64,000 nt of DNA from the NCBI GenBank assembly GCA_051362555.1, contig CM120640.1, positions 36,847,967 through 36,911,966 on the forward strand, read 5' to 3'. The notes beneath the pieces were generated by a model. That model was not told the DNA's origin. It worked only from the letters and a program-made list of their open reading frames with translations, and made no database searches. A program made the translations under genes and the position numbers. Shown one piece after another: positions 26,001 to 40,100 of the stretch (position 1 is the stretch's first letter; each line of letters starts with the position of its first letter). This DNA is from Lingula anatina (Eukaryota > Animalia > Brachiopoda).

Positions 26001-29000
26001 GGTGTATGTAATATTGTCCCACTTTTACCATCTTGCTTTATTTCTGCATGAAGTAATAAGAATTACTCCTTTAATATCTTCATTTGTTTTGGCTTTTTAG
26101 GAAGTAGTAGAAAGTCAACACAGAAAGTTACAAGTTGAAGTTACCAGTTTGCAGACTGAAAACAAGCTGCTGAAAGAAAAATATAATAGAGCTACAGGTG
26201 AGTGGTGGAAAGGGTTCTGTACTTTTTATCCATATGAGGAATGAAGAAATTTAAGGGTATGGAGGTAGCAGGCAGGAAATAAGGCTTTCTTTTAACACTG
26301 CTTAACCTTCATTGGTATCTTATTGGTGAATTTGGTGAAATTTTTCACATTGCATACAGTATATCTTTGCTTTTAGATTTATGTTACTGCTCAAACATGG
26401 CAAATCATCCATGTTTGGTCTATGGAACATTTTAAAATTTCTTTATTTTAAATGATAAAATTGCGTAATACTATGTGAATTAATATCATAATGTAAGTAA
26501 ATTGTAATATCAGCACAAATAGTGAACCTGGAAAGACAACTTGCTGATGCCCAGCACAGAGTGGAACAAACAGAAGATGACCTGAGTGCTGAAATGTCCT
26601 CTATTAGAAAAAAGTCCAGAACAGAAGCAGACTCTGAAAAGCAAGACCTGCTGAAGCAAATTGCCAATCTCACAAAGGAAAATGAAATTCTCACAGCTGA
26701 GGTGAGAGGGTAAAGTAGATAATGTTTGAATGATAAGAGGAGAATGGCAATTTTAAAATGAGGTGAACTCAAGTCTGTCTCTGCCAATCTTAAAACATGC
26801 AGAAGTTGAACACAAACAAAAAATCAGAAAGAAGGAACTGCACCTTTTTGGTTATTTCATTTATTTATTCATTTTTTCACTTCACCTCTCCAAAACTGCC
26901 AAATCAATCACCTCACTTTGCTCAGTGAGGGATTATAATTCTTACGTGTATGTTACATATAATTAAAGTGTAAAATTGAAAAACTAATCAGAGTGCTTTT
27001 TTTTTTCAGAATTCTTCTCTTGAAAAACAACTGGATGCTGCAAGGAGAACCTCTGATATAGTTAGACAAGCTTCTGATAAGTCCAAGATTGTGGCTGCAT
27101 ACAAGGCAGAGTCTGCTTCTTTACGGGTATAAAATCATGCTCAGTTGGATTGCTAAAACTACTTAAATAAACTTGAATGTTCTTTCAGTTATTTACATTT
27201 CAAAATACACTAATGCATTTACAAATATTGATATTCTTTGATTAATACAAGCAGTGTAAGTGACACTAAATATGACTAAAAAGTTATGAATCTTAGTCTT
27301 TTTATTTTTCACTCAGGAGGAACTTAGTAAAGTCAAATCGTTGCTTAGTCAGAGTGATAAACAAAGGAGAGATGATGAGGAAAAAAGGAAAGAAAGTCTG
27401 CAGCAAATTGCCAAGCTGACAGAAATGAACAACTTACTAAAACAACAGTTAGAATTGGGCGGCAGTGCCTTGGTGGCAGAAAAACAGGTAAGATTCCTTG
27501 AAAGAAAAATATTTTGATGACAGAATGTAGCATATTTTTTATCACATATTTTCCATTATGTTTGATGAACATGGTTTCATTTTCATGTTTCATGATTTTT
27601 TTTCAGGTATATTGTCAGACTCACGATAACTGGATTAATCCCACATGATTATATATATATTGCTTGCTCTTATCAGTCTTGATAGCTATTATTATCAAAA
27701 GTAAATGAAAGTTTTATGTACACTTATGTGTACTTCACTGATTTATTACCTTTATTGCCTGTTAGCTGTTTAGATTATGTTGATACTATGCATATATGTC
27801 ATTTAAATGGGTCATTGATTGATGATATAGGTAAAGTCTCTAGATGTGCGTCTCAAAGTAACAGAAGAACGTCTGCAACAAGAGAGGGCAGACCGTTCTG
27901 TTAAGCTGTCTGAGGTGGAAGATAAACTCCTCAAGGAAAATGCTAAGTTCCAGGTAGTTTTTGTATTCACTCATACATGTTTGATACACCAGAATGTTTT
28001 ATTTTAGGAGATTTTTCTTTGATTTATTATGTAACATTCTTAAGTTTCATTTTCAATATTTTTTTAACATTAAGGAATTTTCACAGTTGATAATCTCATA
28101 CAGCTTCTGTTTTTTTATAGCCAGATGTAGAAACAATTATTGACATACTGTTGTTTTGGTGTTATTTTGATCTTACACATTATGAGTTATCAAGTTTTTT
28201 TGTTATATGAAAATTAAGACATAAGTACCATGATTGATTTTTTTTATATCATTGATGTGGAGATATTTGGTGAGTGGTGCATACTCAAGAGGGGTCTCAA
28301 GCCTCTCTACTTTTAGTTCAAATGTTTAATCAGGATATATTAAGTTTAGTTTTGATAAAGTTATGACTTGAATATAAGATTGTTATCAACTTCTTATGCC
28401 TTGGGTATTGAATGTGTAGGTTGCTGCAAAGGAGGCTAAGAGGCAGTTACATAGAGAAAAAGAGAAGGTCAAACATTTAGAACAAAAACTGTCTTCTCTG
28501 AAAGATCAGTTAAAACAGTATGGGTCTGGTGATGAGTATGGTTCACCATCAAGAACAAGTCCTAGCAAAAAAGATGAAAGTATTCAGTATTATGACCAGT
28601 CACCTGAAGTGGAACACCAGAAGGTTTGCTTTGTTGTAGAGTTCCTGTAACCCACTCTTCTTTTGTTGCATCTTTGGTTTGAGGTGCACTAATTGCTGTT
28701 GATACTTTCACCTTTTAACCCATTTTCTGTTCATCTTTTTCAGTTTGGAGTGTATTGCTCTTTATGGTTAATATGACGTTTACTGTCTTTCTTATTACCG
28801 TTTTTCCTTGCACAGGTGTCCTCAGAGTTGTATTACACATGTACATGTAGAAGTCTTATATGTTTCACTTACTTACCGGGTATATGGTGTATTTCAGAGT
28901 CTTTCAATAGAATTCTGTTTCTGCTTTTTCTTTTTCTGTGTATGACACTATTTTGACTATTATGTTGTTGATTATGTACATTTCTGCTTCATTTGTCTCA

Positions 29001-32000
29001 TAACTTTTGTTCTTTATTTGACTTTTCATTACCTATTGTAACATTATTGCATATTTATTATTTCTTTTAGCACTGCTTAAACTCTGTTGGTATCTTATTG
29101 GTGATTTGGTGAAATTAACCCTCTTCTTGGTGAAATCACTAATCCCAATATAGGCAGGGAAGACCATGCTGCAATGTTAAATCAAATATTTCTTTTTCAA
29201 ATGACTTAAATCATGGATTTGCTATGGTCTGCCTTATTTGATCCATCATTCACTCCTCACACTTCATGGATGGAAATCATCTGAAATAGCCTAAAATGAG
29301 GCCATCAGCACAGAGATTAGAAAACGTGAGAATTTGCCTGAGTTGTGGTTAACCATAAAGCTTTGATTGGGTGAAACTGTTACATGTGCCAAGAATATTG
29401 TCTTAGGAAGTATGTAATACAAAAGCAAAATTCAAAACATGGTGAATATTTACTGTTGTGCAAAAGACTATAATTTTACAGAGCATATATTTAAGAGTTC
29501 TAAAACAACCAGAAAATATCTGTGGATAAATTTTGTCAGCTTTTACTTATTGCACACTGCATTCACTAGTCTGCCATTATCACTGGCCCCACTCTCCTTC
29601 CAATTCCTGAAAAGTTTTACCTGATTTTACACTAAGTTGTGAGACTTTGGGCTATCTTGGATGATTTTCACTCCCAGATGAGGCAAGCTAACTACAAAAT
29701 TTTAAAAGGAGTACACAACTTTTATTGAAAAAGATATCAGTTTGATTCAATATATTTCTCTTTTAGTTTATAATGTTATTTTTTGTATATATATTATATT
29801 TATTTAAATGTATTGTTGACAATACTTGGAAATGAAGTGATATTTGAGGCATACATCATTGATAGGCAATGCTTTATGATGATTCCAGGACCTTTCTGTT
29901 GAAAAGAAACTCTATGAGGACAAGTTCAAGAGACTGACTGAGGAGTTGGATGATAAAACCAAGGAAATGCAGGAGCTGGAAATGACTTTAAAGCTGTATG
30001 TTTTGCTAACTTTAAGTGACCCTTTGAAAATGATACAAAGATTTCAAATGATGGGACTGGGACATTTGACTTTAACAGAATTTTGATTGTTGAAATAACT
30101 GTGCACACCATAAAAAGTTGAATGTTTGCTTATGTATATACCTTAAAATTGTAACAAAGGTTTAGTGCTCTTTTAGATTTTTATCGTTGAGTAAAATTTT
30201 GAAAAGTTAAATGAGTGAATTTGATCCCTATTTCAATATTAATGTGATGATTTTATGACATTTCAAATATTTCCTTTTTCCCTAATAGTCAGATCAACAG
30301 TTTGGTAAAAGAAAAACACGAAACTATCACAAAAGTAAGACACCTGGAGGACCAAGTAGCTGGCCTGCAAGCTGAAAATACTTCTCTAAAGGCTGGTCTG
30401 GACAGTGGCGTCTCAATGGCTGCCAATGCTGATAGTGTGGGGTCTGTGCACTATGAAGGTAAAGAACACAAACTCTACAGTCTTCATCTGTTCTTGTGTC
30501 CTTATTTTAACAGCTGGCAGTTCTATGTTGGGCACTTCATGTTTCAGCTCTGAGGCAAAAAAAAAAAAAAACACTCACACACACACACAAAAACATCTTG
30601 CTTCTCAACAAGAATGTTTCAGATCCAAGAGTACAGAAAATGTAGAAAAGTATCTGGAAAATGATAAATCATCTGTCTACAATCATATTTGATGATTTAT
30701 ATGAAAAATTCAGAGTTTTGAAGTATGTTTTGTTTTCAGTGTATGTTGATATGTGGGAAATGAAGTGAAATTCCTGTACAAATTAATTTATATAAATGCC
30801 TGTTATGTTTATATTGCAGTTCAAATAGAAACTTTAAAAGGTGAAATCAAAATCCTAGAAGGGAAGATAGCACAACAGCAGCGGAACATTAAGCTTTTGG
30901 AGGCTGAAAAAGAAACCATCGTCACACAGTTAGATACCAAAGAGCATTCTCTAGAAGAAGCACTGCGAGAGCTTGAAAATTATGGTGCGCAGCAAGAACA
31001 TGGAGAGTCAGACAGGAAGCAGCAAAAAATTGATAGACTAACAGCTGAGGTAGATATTTTGCTCTGCTTTGATGGAACTCTTAGACCCCATTTCCATAGA
31101 TTTTAGATTGATCTATCCCTGTGGGGAGTCTCACTAGATTACTGTCAGCTTAGCCAGCTTAAGCGTCTGTCCCGCCTACTAAAAGCTGTAAGGGGGTAAT
31201 TAACTATGGTGCGCACTCGGCTGACTGCAAGTTAGCGTGATCCCCCAGGGAGTTAGGTCGATCTAAATCTAAATCCCTGGATCGATCTAAATCTCTGGGA
31301 ATGCACCCTTAGATATCTCCTAGTCATATATTTTATGGTTACTGTTTACAATTTGTACAAGTCTTAATTTCGGTCTTCTAAAGTTTGAGTGGTAAAAAGA
31401 TTTATTAAGTATACAATGTATATATTAAGCAAAGTTGAAGTTGCTTTTCACTTATTAGATTTTAAATATTCAGTTTATAGCAATACCTTGTAAAAAAAAA
31501 CAAACTTTTTCATGAAAGATTGAATGCAACTGAAAAGAAATATTTACAAGAACATTGAGTTTTCAGCAATGCTACTGCTGTTTCCATTTAAAACATTACT
31601 ATTCAGTTTGGTAAGATGTAAGACTCCTGACACATTGATGATCTATTATTTTTTATGAATAGAATCACAGCATCCAGTCTGAGCTGCGTGAGTGGCAGAT
31701 GAAGCACCGGCATTTAACAGCAGAGAAGCAGCAGATGCAGGACCAGATGGACAAGTTGAAGAAAGAATTAACTAGATTAAAACAGAATTGGGAGAACCAG
31801 ACTGCAGAACATGCAGAATCTTTTGTAAGATTTTATTTTTCATAATTGAAAAATTGCTGTTGTTGTTATTGTTTCATTTTTAATTGTCACTCTATACTAG
31901 CTGCAGTCTGTTCATGTTAACCCTCCAGATTGCTCTAACTTGAAATCTGATTCACTGTTACAGTTTTGCTTCAGGCATCTGTTCATATATGTGTCAAGTT

Positions 32001-35000
32001 TCCCACAGTAACAAATAGAGAATGACTCATCTGGGTTAAACTTATCAAAATCTCTTGGAAATGGCTCAAAATGCAAAACTGGTGTGAACAATTATTTTGT
32101 CAGTTTTTTATTTATTTATCTCATTTTACTGTGTAATTTCATCATTTTAATGTTAAAACACAAAGTCATAAGCAGCACCAAAGTTTTCTATGTATGGGAT
32201 TTTTTTAAAAATGTGTCTTTGAACAAGTTGCTGTTATGTGTACATCTTTTTTACAGTATATATGTACACTACACAGACGATGTTTCTAAGTTGCCTTTGT
32301 ATTGCATCAGACTTAATTCAACTATCATTATCTGCATGTCATTTTTATGATATTCTAGAAACTTGAGCTCCAGAGTGAGATTCATGAAAAAGAAATGCAA
32401 ATCCTGAGCCTCAAGTCTCAGTTCATGCAGAATGAAGATGAACTACAGATGACCAGGCAGGAACTGATCCTGGAGCAAGAAAATTTGATACATATGAAAA
32501 AAGAGGTTTGTTTCCTTGCTATTGTAATGATGTAATACATTTACCCAAAGAGATTTAATAGGCAAATTGTTCATGTGTCTGGTAGATATAAAAAGTCTTA
32601 TATATTCACTTTACTTGACATTTTATTTTCTCTTCTTGTCATGGAAATTTGCTGAATAATTATCTTTGGTTTTTAAATCAATAGGTTTTTGTCAGGTATT
32701 ATTATCATTGCCATAAATGAAAAAAAAGTGTTTTTTGATTCTTGGATTCTGTGAATTTTGTAATAGAATTCTTTGGTATTAATGTTGATAACATGTAATT
32801 TTAATCAGTTGAAAGCATCGCAGATATTACTGCCAATTTTTCTGGTCTTTTGATAATATGTTTCTCTTTCTTGTCTAGGTGGAAAATCTACAGTCCTTGC
32901 TACACCAGGAGAAAGAACAAAACAAACTGCTGCACAATCAAGAAAGTGATTTACAGGCTGAGATAAAAGCACTCAAAGATAACTTAAAATGGAGCAATAA
33001 GGAATTAAATGAAAAGTCTAGAGAGGTATGCTCTTTTTGAGAAATAGGTTAGGTCACTTTGAATTTTTTAATTCTTGTCTTTGTAGTGTTGAAGACATTA
33101 AGGGCATTTTGGTTAATATACAGCTTTCAGTTGTGAAAAATGCTTGATTAATTTCATGCAAAACTGTCGACAGCCTTCAAAAAAGTAAGCGTTTAGTCTA
33201 AGCATCATGAATATTTTTGTCAATAAGCTGCTCAGTTTTCAGCTTAGATATGATGAATTTATCACATTTTTCCACAAATAGGTGGTCACTGAAATGGAGA
33301 CACTTAAACATTTGCTTGAATCAAAGGAGGCCAGGATTGAGAAACTTTCAGCTACAATAAGGTAAGTTCTGATTATGCTACCATGTGCCCAATGTAATTC
33401 TTATTTTATTGAGCATGTAGTTGAGGTATTGCAATGAAACAATCACAGTGCAATTGTTGCCATTTAATTCTGGTAACAACACTGTTGCAATACAACTATA
33501 ATGGTAACTCCATTGTTGCAATGTAACTATGGTAACTCCATTGTTGCAACATGACACTGTCAATTTGATTGTTGCTCTGTATCCTTGGTAACTACTTTAT
33601 TATCCCATAATGCATTTGCTTACAGATCAAAGAAGAAAAACATGAATTGTGATCAGTAAATGACTTATGTGCTTTCAAGTACTTTGTTTGCTGGTCATAA
33701 GGTTATTATTTTTATTTTTCCAGCCATCAAAAACAGGACTTGGATTCCCTGAATAGGCAGATTGAGAGGCTGAAAGAAGAGAGTGCCAGCAAGACTGAGG
33801 AGATTGAGAAACTTACATTTGGGATGGAACAGAAGGTATTAATGTAATTTTGAATGTTTGGGAATTTAAAAAAATGCTTATTTGCACATTGATGTATTTG
33901 CTCATTTTCATTTAAGTGGCACATCAGAGTAGGATGCACAAAATATTTGAATGTTTTTATTTATTTTTTCTAACAGTATTTTAATGTATTCTGAGATATA
34001 TTTGTCTCGGCATGAAATTTGTTTATACATTTAATTTTAAAATAATTATCCATTTATTTTGGGCTCCTACTTGTTCAGAGAAGGCATCTATATTTTTATC
34101 CTTTTTATTTATTTTCCTTCTCTAACAATATATTTTATGCACATACAGGCCTTGGAAATGTCATCTGCAACTGAAGTGAGCCAGTATCTCACCAATGAGA
34201 GAACCAAAATTCAGATGGAAAAATATGAAGTGGAGAAGAAGCTTGCCAAACAAATTGAGATGCTTGAGGAAAAGAGACTGGAGATAGGAGAACTAACAAG
34301 AAAGGTACATTTGAGGTTTTAAAAAATATTTGAAGTCTTACACTGTACACTGAAAAATGACATTTATATAGTTACTGTATATACAGTGCTTTAAATTATT
34401 GATCAATTTGAACACTTTCATCTTTTCCACCATATCAGACTGAATTTATTTGTTTCTGTTTTTTTTCTTTTTTCCAACATTTTAATAAGTTTTGGTTATT
34501 GGAAAACTTGTCTTCAGTTTTGTTGTTTTGCAACTGTAAAATAGAAGTTAAGTGTATAAGATTTATTTTGATGTTTTCAAATTTATATTTAAAATTTGTG
34601 TTGTTTGCACCACAAGATGTAAGGTTGATGATTACATGTGTGACTTAACTTCATCATCAATTTGTTATATGTGTGGTATAGTTGACCAAATCGTTCACAG
34701 ATAATTCTACTCCACAGATATATTAGTGGATCCAGATATACTTCTAAGCCTTAAAAAATCTTTTACAGCTTGAAACAGAAGAAGACAGACACAGTATGAC
34801 TGAAGAGATGCTCAAAGAGAAAGAGAATCATATTGTGAGTTTGGAGACAGATATGCATCGTCTGCGCAAGAAAGTATCCCAGTTGGAAGAAGAAACCAGG
34901 CAGCTGCAGGAAGAAAGTAAAAAGTGGAATACAATTAGTTCTGGTTTGGAAAAAAGGCTAACTGCTGCCAAATTAGAGGTAAATATCATGGTAGGAAATT

Positions 35001-37127
35001 ATTAACAAAAGAGAAACAATCTTGGATTCTTTTGTCTTCATCAAAGCATTTTCTCTGCTCCAAGCAGACATAGTTTAAAATTGTCATTTTTAAATTAAAA
35101 TTTTACAATATATATATAGGCCACTTTTCATTTTCTCATTCATTACTATGTTTTTTAGGTTTCTGAAGCAAAGAGTGCATCCAATCAGTTGGGACAAGAA
35201 TATGGTATGGCCTCCAAGCAACTTGATTTAGTTAAACAGGAATATGAACTTGCAGTTGTAACTCTTGAAACAGAGAAAAGCGCTGCTGGAAAGCTCAAGG
35301 TAATTAAAATTTTTGTTTGTTAATTGGTACATGTAGTCATTGGTTTATTCTGGGTTTTTTAAGGTTGACCTGTTTTTATATATTTTTCCAAAGAATATAC
35401 TGATGTCTTTGATGCAGACTTGTATTTTTGAAAAAGACAATAGGCAAACATAGGTTCAGGTCTGTTGCTTCATATCCACTTTGCCTTGATCTGCATCTCT
35501 GAGTATTTGTATTATCCGAGCCTAGTCGCTCATTGTATCCATGGTTTTTCTTTTACCAGGAACAGATTAGGGCTGATGAAAATAAGATCAGTAGATTGGA
35601 AGAAGAGTTGAGGTTTTCACATGAAAGAGTTGATAAATTAAATGGCCAGTTGTCGGCTAGCCAGGACATGGTAGAGCAGTTGAAAGGAGACAAGCAAAGT
35701 TTATATTCAGGTAAGAATCTGTAAAACCGTAAAAAGGTAATCTGTGTATTATTGTGTAAAAAGTATGAATGGAGGGCCATTATGTAGTAATTTAGAAGAG
35801 AGAAATATATAAGTATTGAGTGTTTTACGTAAGAATATGTGGAAATTGTGCTGTGAAACAGAACAGTTCCACTGGAGATGTACTATGAAACAAAGTACAA
35901 CTACAACAGATATATAGATAGTACTATGAAACAGAACAGTACCACTACAGATATACCACAAAATAAAGTAGTACCACTACAGATTACTACGAACACCAAT
36001 CAGTGAACTCTATTAAAATCAAGTATTGTGTACTTTCTTTATATAATTCACCTTCATTTTCATTTTAGATTTGCAAGAACTGTGTCACAAATTATCAGAG
36101 AAAGATGAATTAATTGGTCAGTTGCAAGAGAAGTGCTCTGAGACAGTTGAAACAGTACATAATGAATATGCAATGGAGAAGGTGAAGATATCTAGGCAAA
36201 AGGAATCTGTAGAAGAAGAACTAAAAAGAACAAAGTATGCCTTTTTTAAATATGTAAATATCATTTATATTTCTGATCTGAAAATTATAAGACATGATTT
36301 TTTATTTATTAATTAATTAATTTATTTATTTATTTATTTATTTATTTTTTTGACTGTCTGTTCTTTCTGCCCTCTTGAACAATTTGATTTACTTTTGTTT
36401 TATCAGACTTTGTCTTTGTGAATGAAGTCATCATTATTTTGTGCTTACACGCTGATTCTCTTAGAATATTGGCATACCTCCAGTTATTTAACAGTAAGTC
36501 ATGTACTGTTTAATATCATTTAAAGGAATATTTTATGCTGTTTAATATCAGTTTTTTTTTTTTGTTTGTTTTTTTTTCAGATTAAAGATGAACTTGTATT
36601 TTATCCTTTTATCCCTGTTTTTCTTCTTTATTATAGAATGGAGCTGAAGGAGATGAAGGAGCAGCTCAAGCAGAAGGATATTCAGATGAATACTTATGGT
36701 AGAACCCTACTGGACCTGGAGGGAGAAACTAAGTATGTGGAGCTTCTTCTGTTTAACATAACCTGAGCTTCAGTTCACATGTGTTCTAGCTCCTTCATTT
36801 TAAGCCTTCATATTTGCACTCTTTTTAGATAAACGAACATATGTAAAAAAAATTGAAAGTTAAGAATTTGGCCCACATTAGTGTGTAGCCTGCTTACACA
36901 TCATGAAAGGAGAATCAGAGAAGATAGAATATGCCACATGCTGTTTTGTCATAACTTTGGCTGCATGGCTGGTTATTGATTATTTCTTCACTTACAGAGC
37001 CAGGCAACAGCTGGAAAACAGGGCAACGGCCATGGAAATGGAAGTTCAGGAACTAAAGCAGCTGAACAGTGCTCTGAAAGCAGAGAAAGTGTCTCTAACA
37101 GAGAGCAATAGACACTTGCAGGTATCT

Positions 37128-37176
<49 letters not shown>

Positions 37177-40100
37177 TGTCAGTTGTTAAAAGAGGGGAGG
37201 GGAGATTTCAAATTTTGTCTACAGACTTTTTAAGAAAAGGGGATTTTTGTACACTTAGATCTTACAAAATCAAAGTTCAGGAATCATTTTTGGTGTGCGA
37301 CTTTTGTTTGAAAAATAAAAAGTTGTAAACTAAACACTTAATGTTTAGGATGTGTTTTCAAAATTGGGTAAATTTAATGGTTTTTTTTTTTTTTTTTTTT
37401 TTTTGTTGGAGGGAGAAAACCAAACTCATTTCTTTTATGCTTTGTCCTATTACAAAAATAGAAAATTATATGCTCTAATTAACTCTTATTGATGTAAACC
37501 TGTTTAATTTAGGAAACTTCAGAAAGTGCAAAGGCTAAAATAGCCAGATTAAAGGAGACCATTTCTGAAATGCAAGAGAAGCATCAAAAGCAGACAGAAA
37601 ACCTTAGGCAGAGTATGGCTGACAGAAATGTCAAACAAGAAGCAGAAATGTTGGACCGTAATGAAAAATACATTAAGGTGAGCTAAGTGGATCCATGTTG
37701 ATATACCAGGTACACATTTAATCTCCAAACCATTATGTATATATATATAGTGCACATTTATGTTGTATTATGTTTTCAGCAGATCATAGAATATTTTGTG
37801 TAACTGTAACCAAATATAGACTTGTGCTTTATTGCATCTGCAAATAGTTATTTATACATCAACAGCTGGGCAGGTGGGGTGGGGATGGGGCTTTTGGGAT
37901 GGGGTTGGGGGGTTGAAGGTGCCTTGTGATCAGTAGCGTTATAGTGCTACATTGTAATACAAACATCCATCTGCCTTGGCTCCCTTCATTTTTGTTCACA
38001 CAGGTCACTTTGTGTGGTCATGTCAATGTAGTCACTGGATTTTGTATGTTCATAGCATTTCTAGGATTCTCACATCTTGGACACAATATCCAGAACTGGA
38101 CACAAGAGGACACAAACATTAAACATTCATTTATTGCATAGTCCTCAACTCTGTTATTAACTTTTATCCAATCATATTATCTGACATCAAAACAATGATG
38201 TTGAAGTTGTTCTTTTATTATTTTTTCAGACAAATGCTACTCTGAAGACCTTAGAAGTGTCCCTGACAGCAGCAAATGAAACCAAGGAGCTCTATCTTCA
38301 CAATAACAGACAATTGGAAAAGACCATAGACTCCTTAAAAACCCAGCTACATGAAGAGATCACCTTGAGAAAGTTGTCTGAGCAAAAGATTGATACTTAT
38401 AAAACGCAGCTTGAGGAGGTTAAGAAGAGGAAGGTAAAGCCTTAGACACTCCTATGTACACTTTATGTGCATCTTGTCAAAAATAAATCTTTAATATTTT
38501 ATTGATTACAATACTAGTATTTGCCCATACTACTCTGGTCAGTAAAAAGCCATGCATCTATCTGTTAGTTTAGATTATTATACTTACCTGTTGAATCAGA
38601 GAGAAAGGGCAGATTTTTAGGTCCTAGACTCACATTCAATTAGAAAAAAAAGTTTGGTTTTCCAACCATATGTATCTAAATTCTTGTAACATGGATGTAT
38701 GTAAAAGAGAAACACATAATTTGTAGGTTACAGATGACCAGATAACCATTGACCTGCAGCAGAAGTTGAATGAGACAGAAAGGGCATTCAACATAGAGCA
38801 CGAGAAACTTCAAAAATGTCGAGATGATCTCAGCAATATGGAGACCACTGCACATGCTCATGAATCTAAAGCGCAGTCACTGCTTGACCAGTTTAACACA
38901 TTGCAGGTATGCATACCAAATAATGCTATACAGATAGAAAATTATTGATCTGAAATTGTGATATTTTATAGTTATCTTAAGTTTAAATGCCTTGGAAGCG
39001 AGATTTTGCAAATGCTAGTGACCATATGAAGAGCAATCAGCTTCTTCTGCTGAAGCTAGAGCTGGAGTTATTGTACCACCAGCGTTAGCGCTGGCGGTAC
39101 ACATGGTTTCGGTCCCGTCCGGATCGTTCCGCCGGCTCCGCCGGACGGCTACCGTTACCGCTTCTCCTCCTAGACGGTAAGGGCCCCCATACCCATCTCA
39201 TGGATTTAGGTCACCTATAATCTCAACTCGTTCCACGTAAAATTTGGGCTTTGTCGGTATTGGGGTCTGGGTGTGGCACTCATTACAATGCACCCTTGTC
39301 TAAAAATGGCAAAATTAAATGCTAATTATCTACCCTACGGAAGGAGTTATGGGAAAAATTTCTATAGACGGCTTTCCAAAAGTCATATGTGTAGATTTCA
39401 AATATACCCTTGGATTTGACCTTTGACCTTTACTTCAAGGTCAAATGGGCCAAAATTTTCAAAAAAATGAAATTTTTTACGAAAAAAATTTTTTTTGCCC
39501 TGTTATTCAGACACTACACAGACTTAACCAATAATATTATTGGAAAGTGTTACCCTTCAGGTCATCTTTCATCTCCATGAATTTGGGGTCAATCGGTGCA
39601 TTTTCACGGGAGTAGCGGCCATAAGATACCGAAACTGAAAACTGTCTCTAATTCGGGAACCGTTAATGCTAGAGACCCATCCTTTTTTGCATTTTGTAGA
39701 GCATGTAAAGCCCAACACTGAAGGTGGTCTCCGTTTTTTCCTATTCCATACGGTTTTTGAGTTACGCTGTATCAAAAAGTACATATTGGTGGTAAAAGCA
39801 AAATGTGCAGTACGGTAATGGATAATAAATTTTGAACTCTGGAAAAATAAAACATAAGGCTTGGCAAAGCAGACAACTTGTGTTCAAAAATGACATTATT
39901 TCATCAAATTTGAACTTCTGAAACTTCAGAGCACCTCCTATTTCAAGAATTTTGACCAAACTGACATTTTCTTTATTTTAATTAATTTTTTCTGTACGAA
40001 ATTTAATGCACATTATGGTAACTCCAAAATTATAACATTTAGTCCCTTATATCTCCAAAACTGGCAGAGATAGGTCCATAGTTACTATTGAACTTGAATA

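Noticed and set aside
26295-29120. ~50-bp near-duplicate CACTGCTTAA...GGTATCTTATTGGTGA(A)TTTGGTGAAATT at ~26295 and ~29070
   Set aside because: Real but short intronic dispersed-repeat fragments with no definable ends or function.
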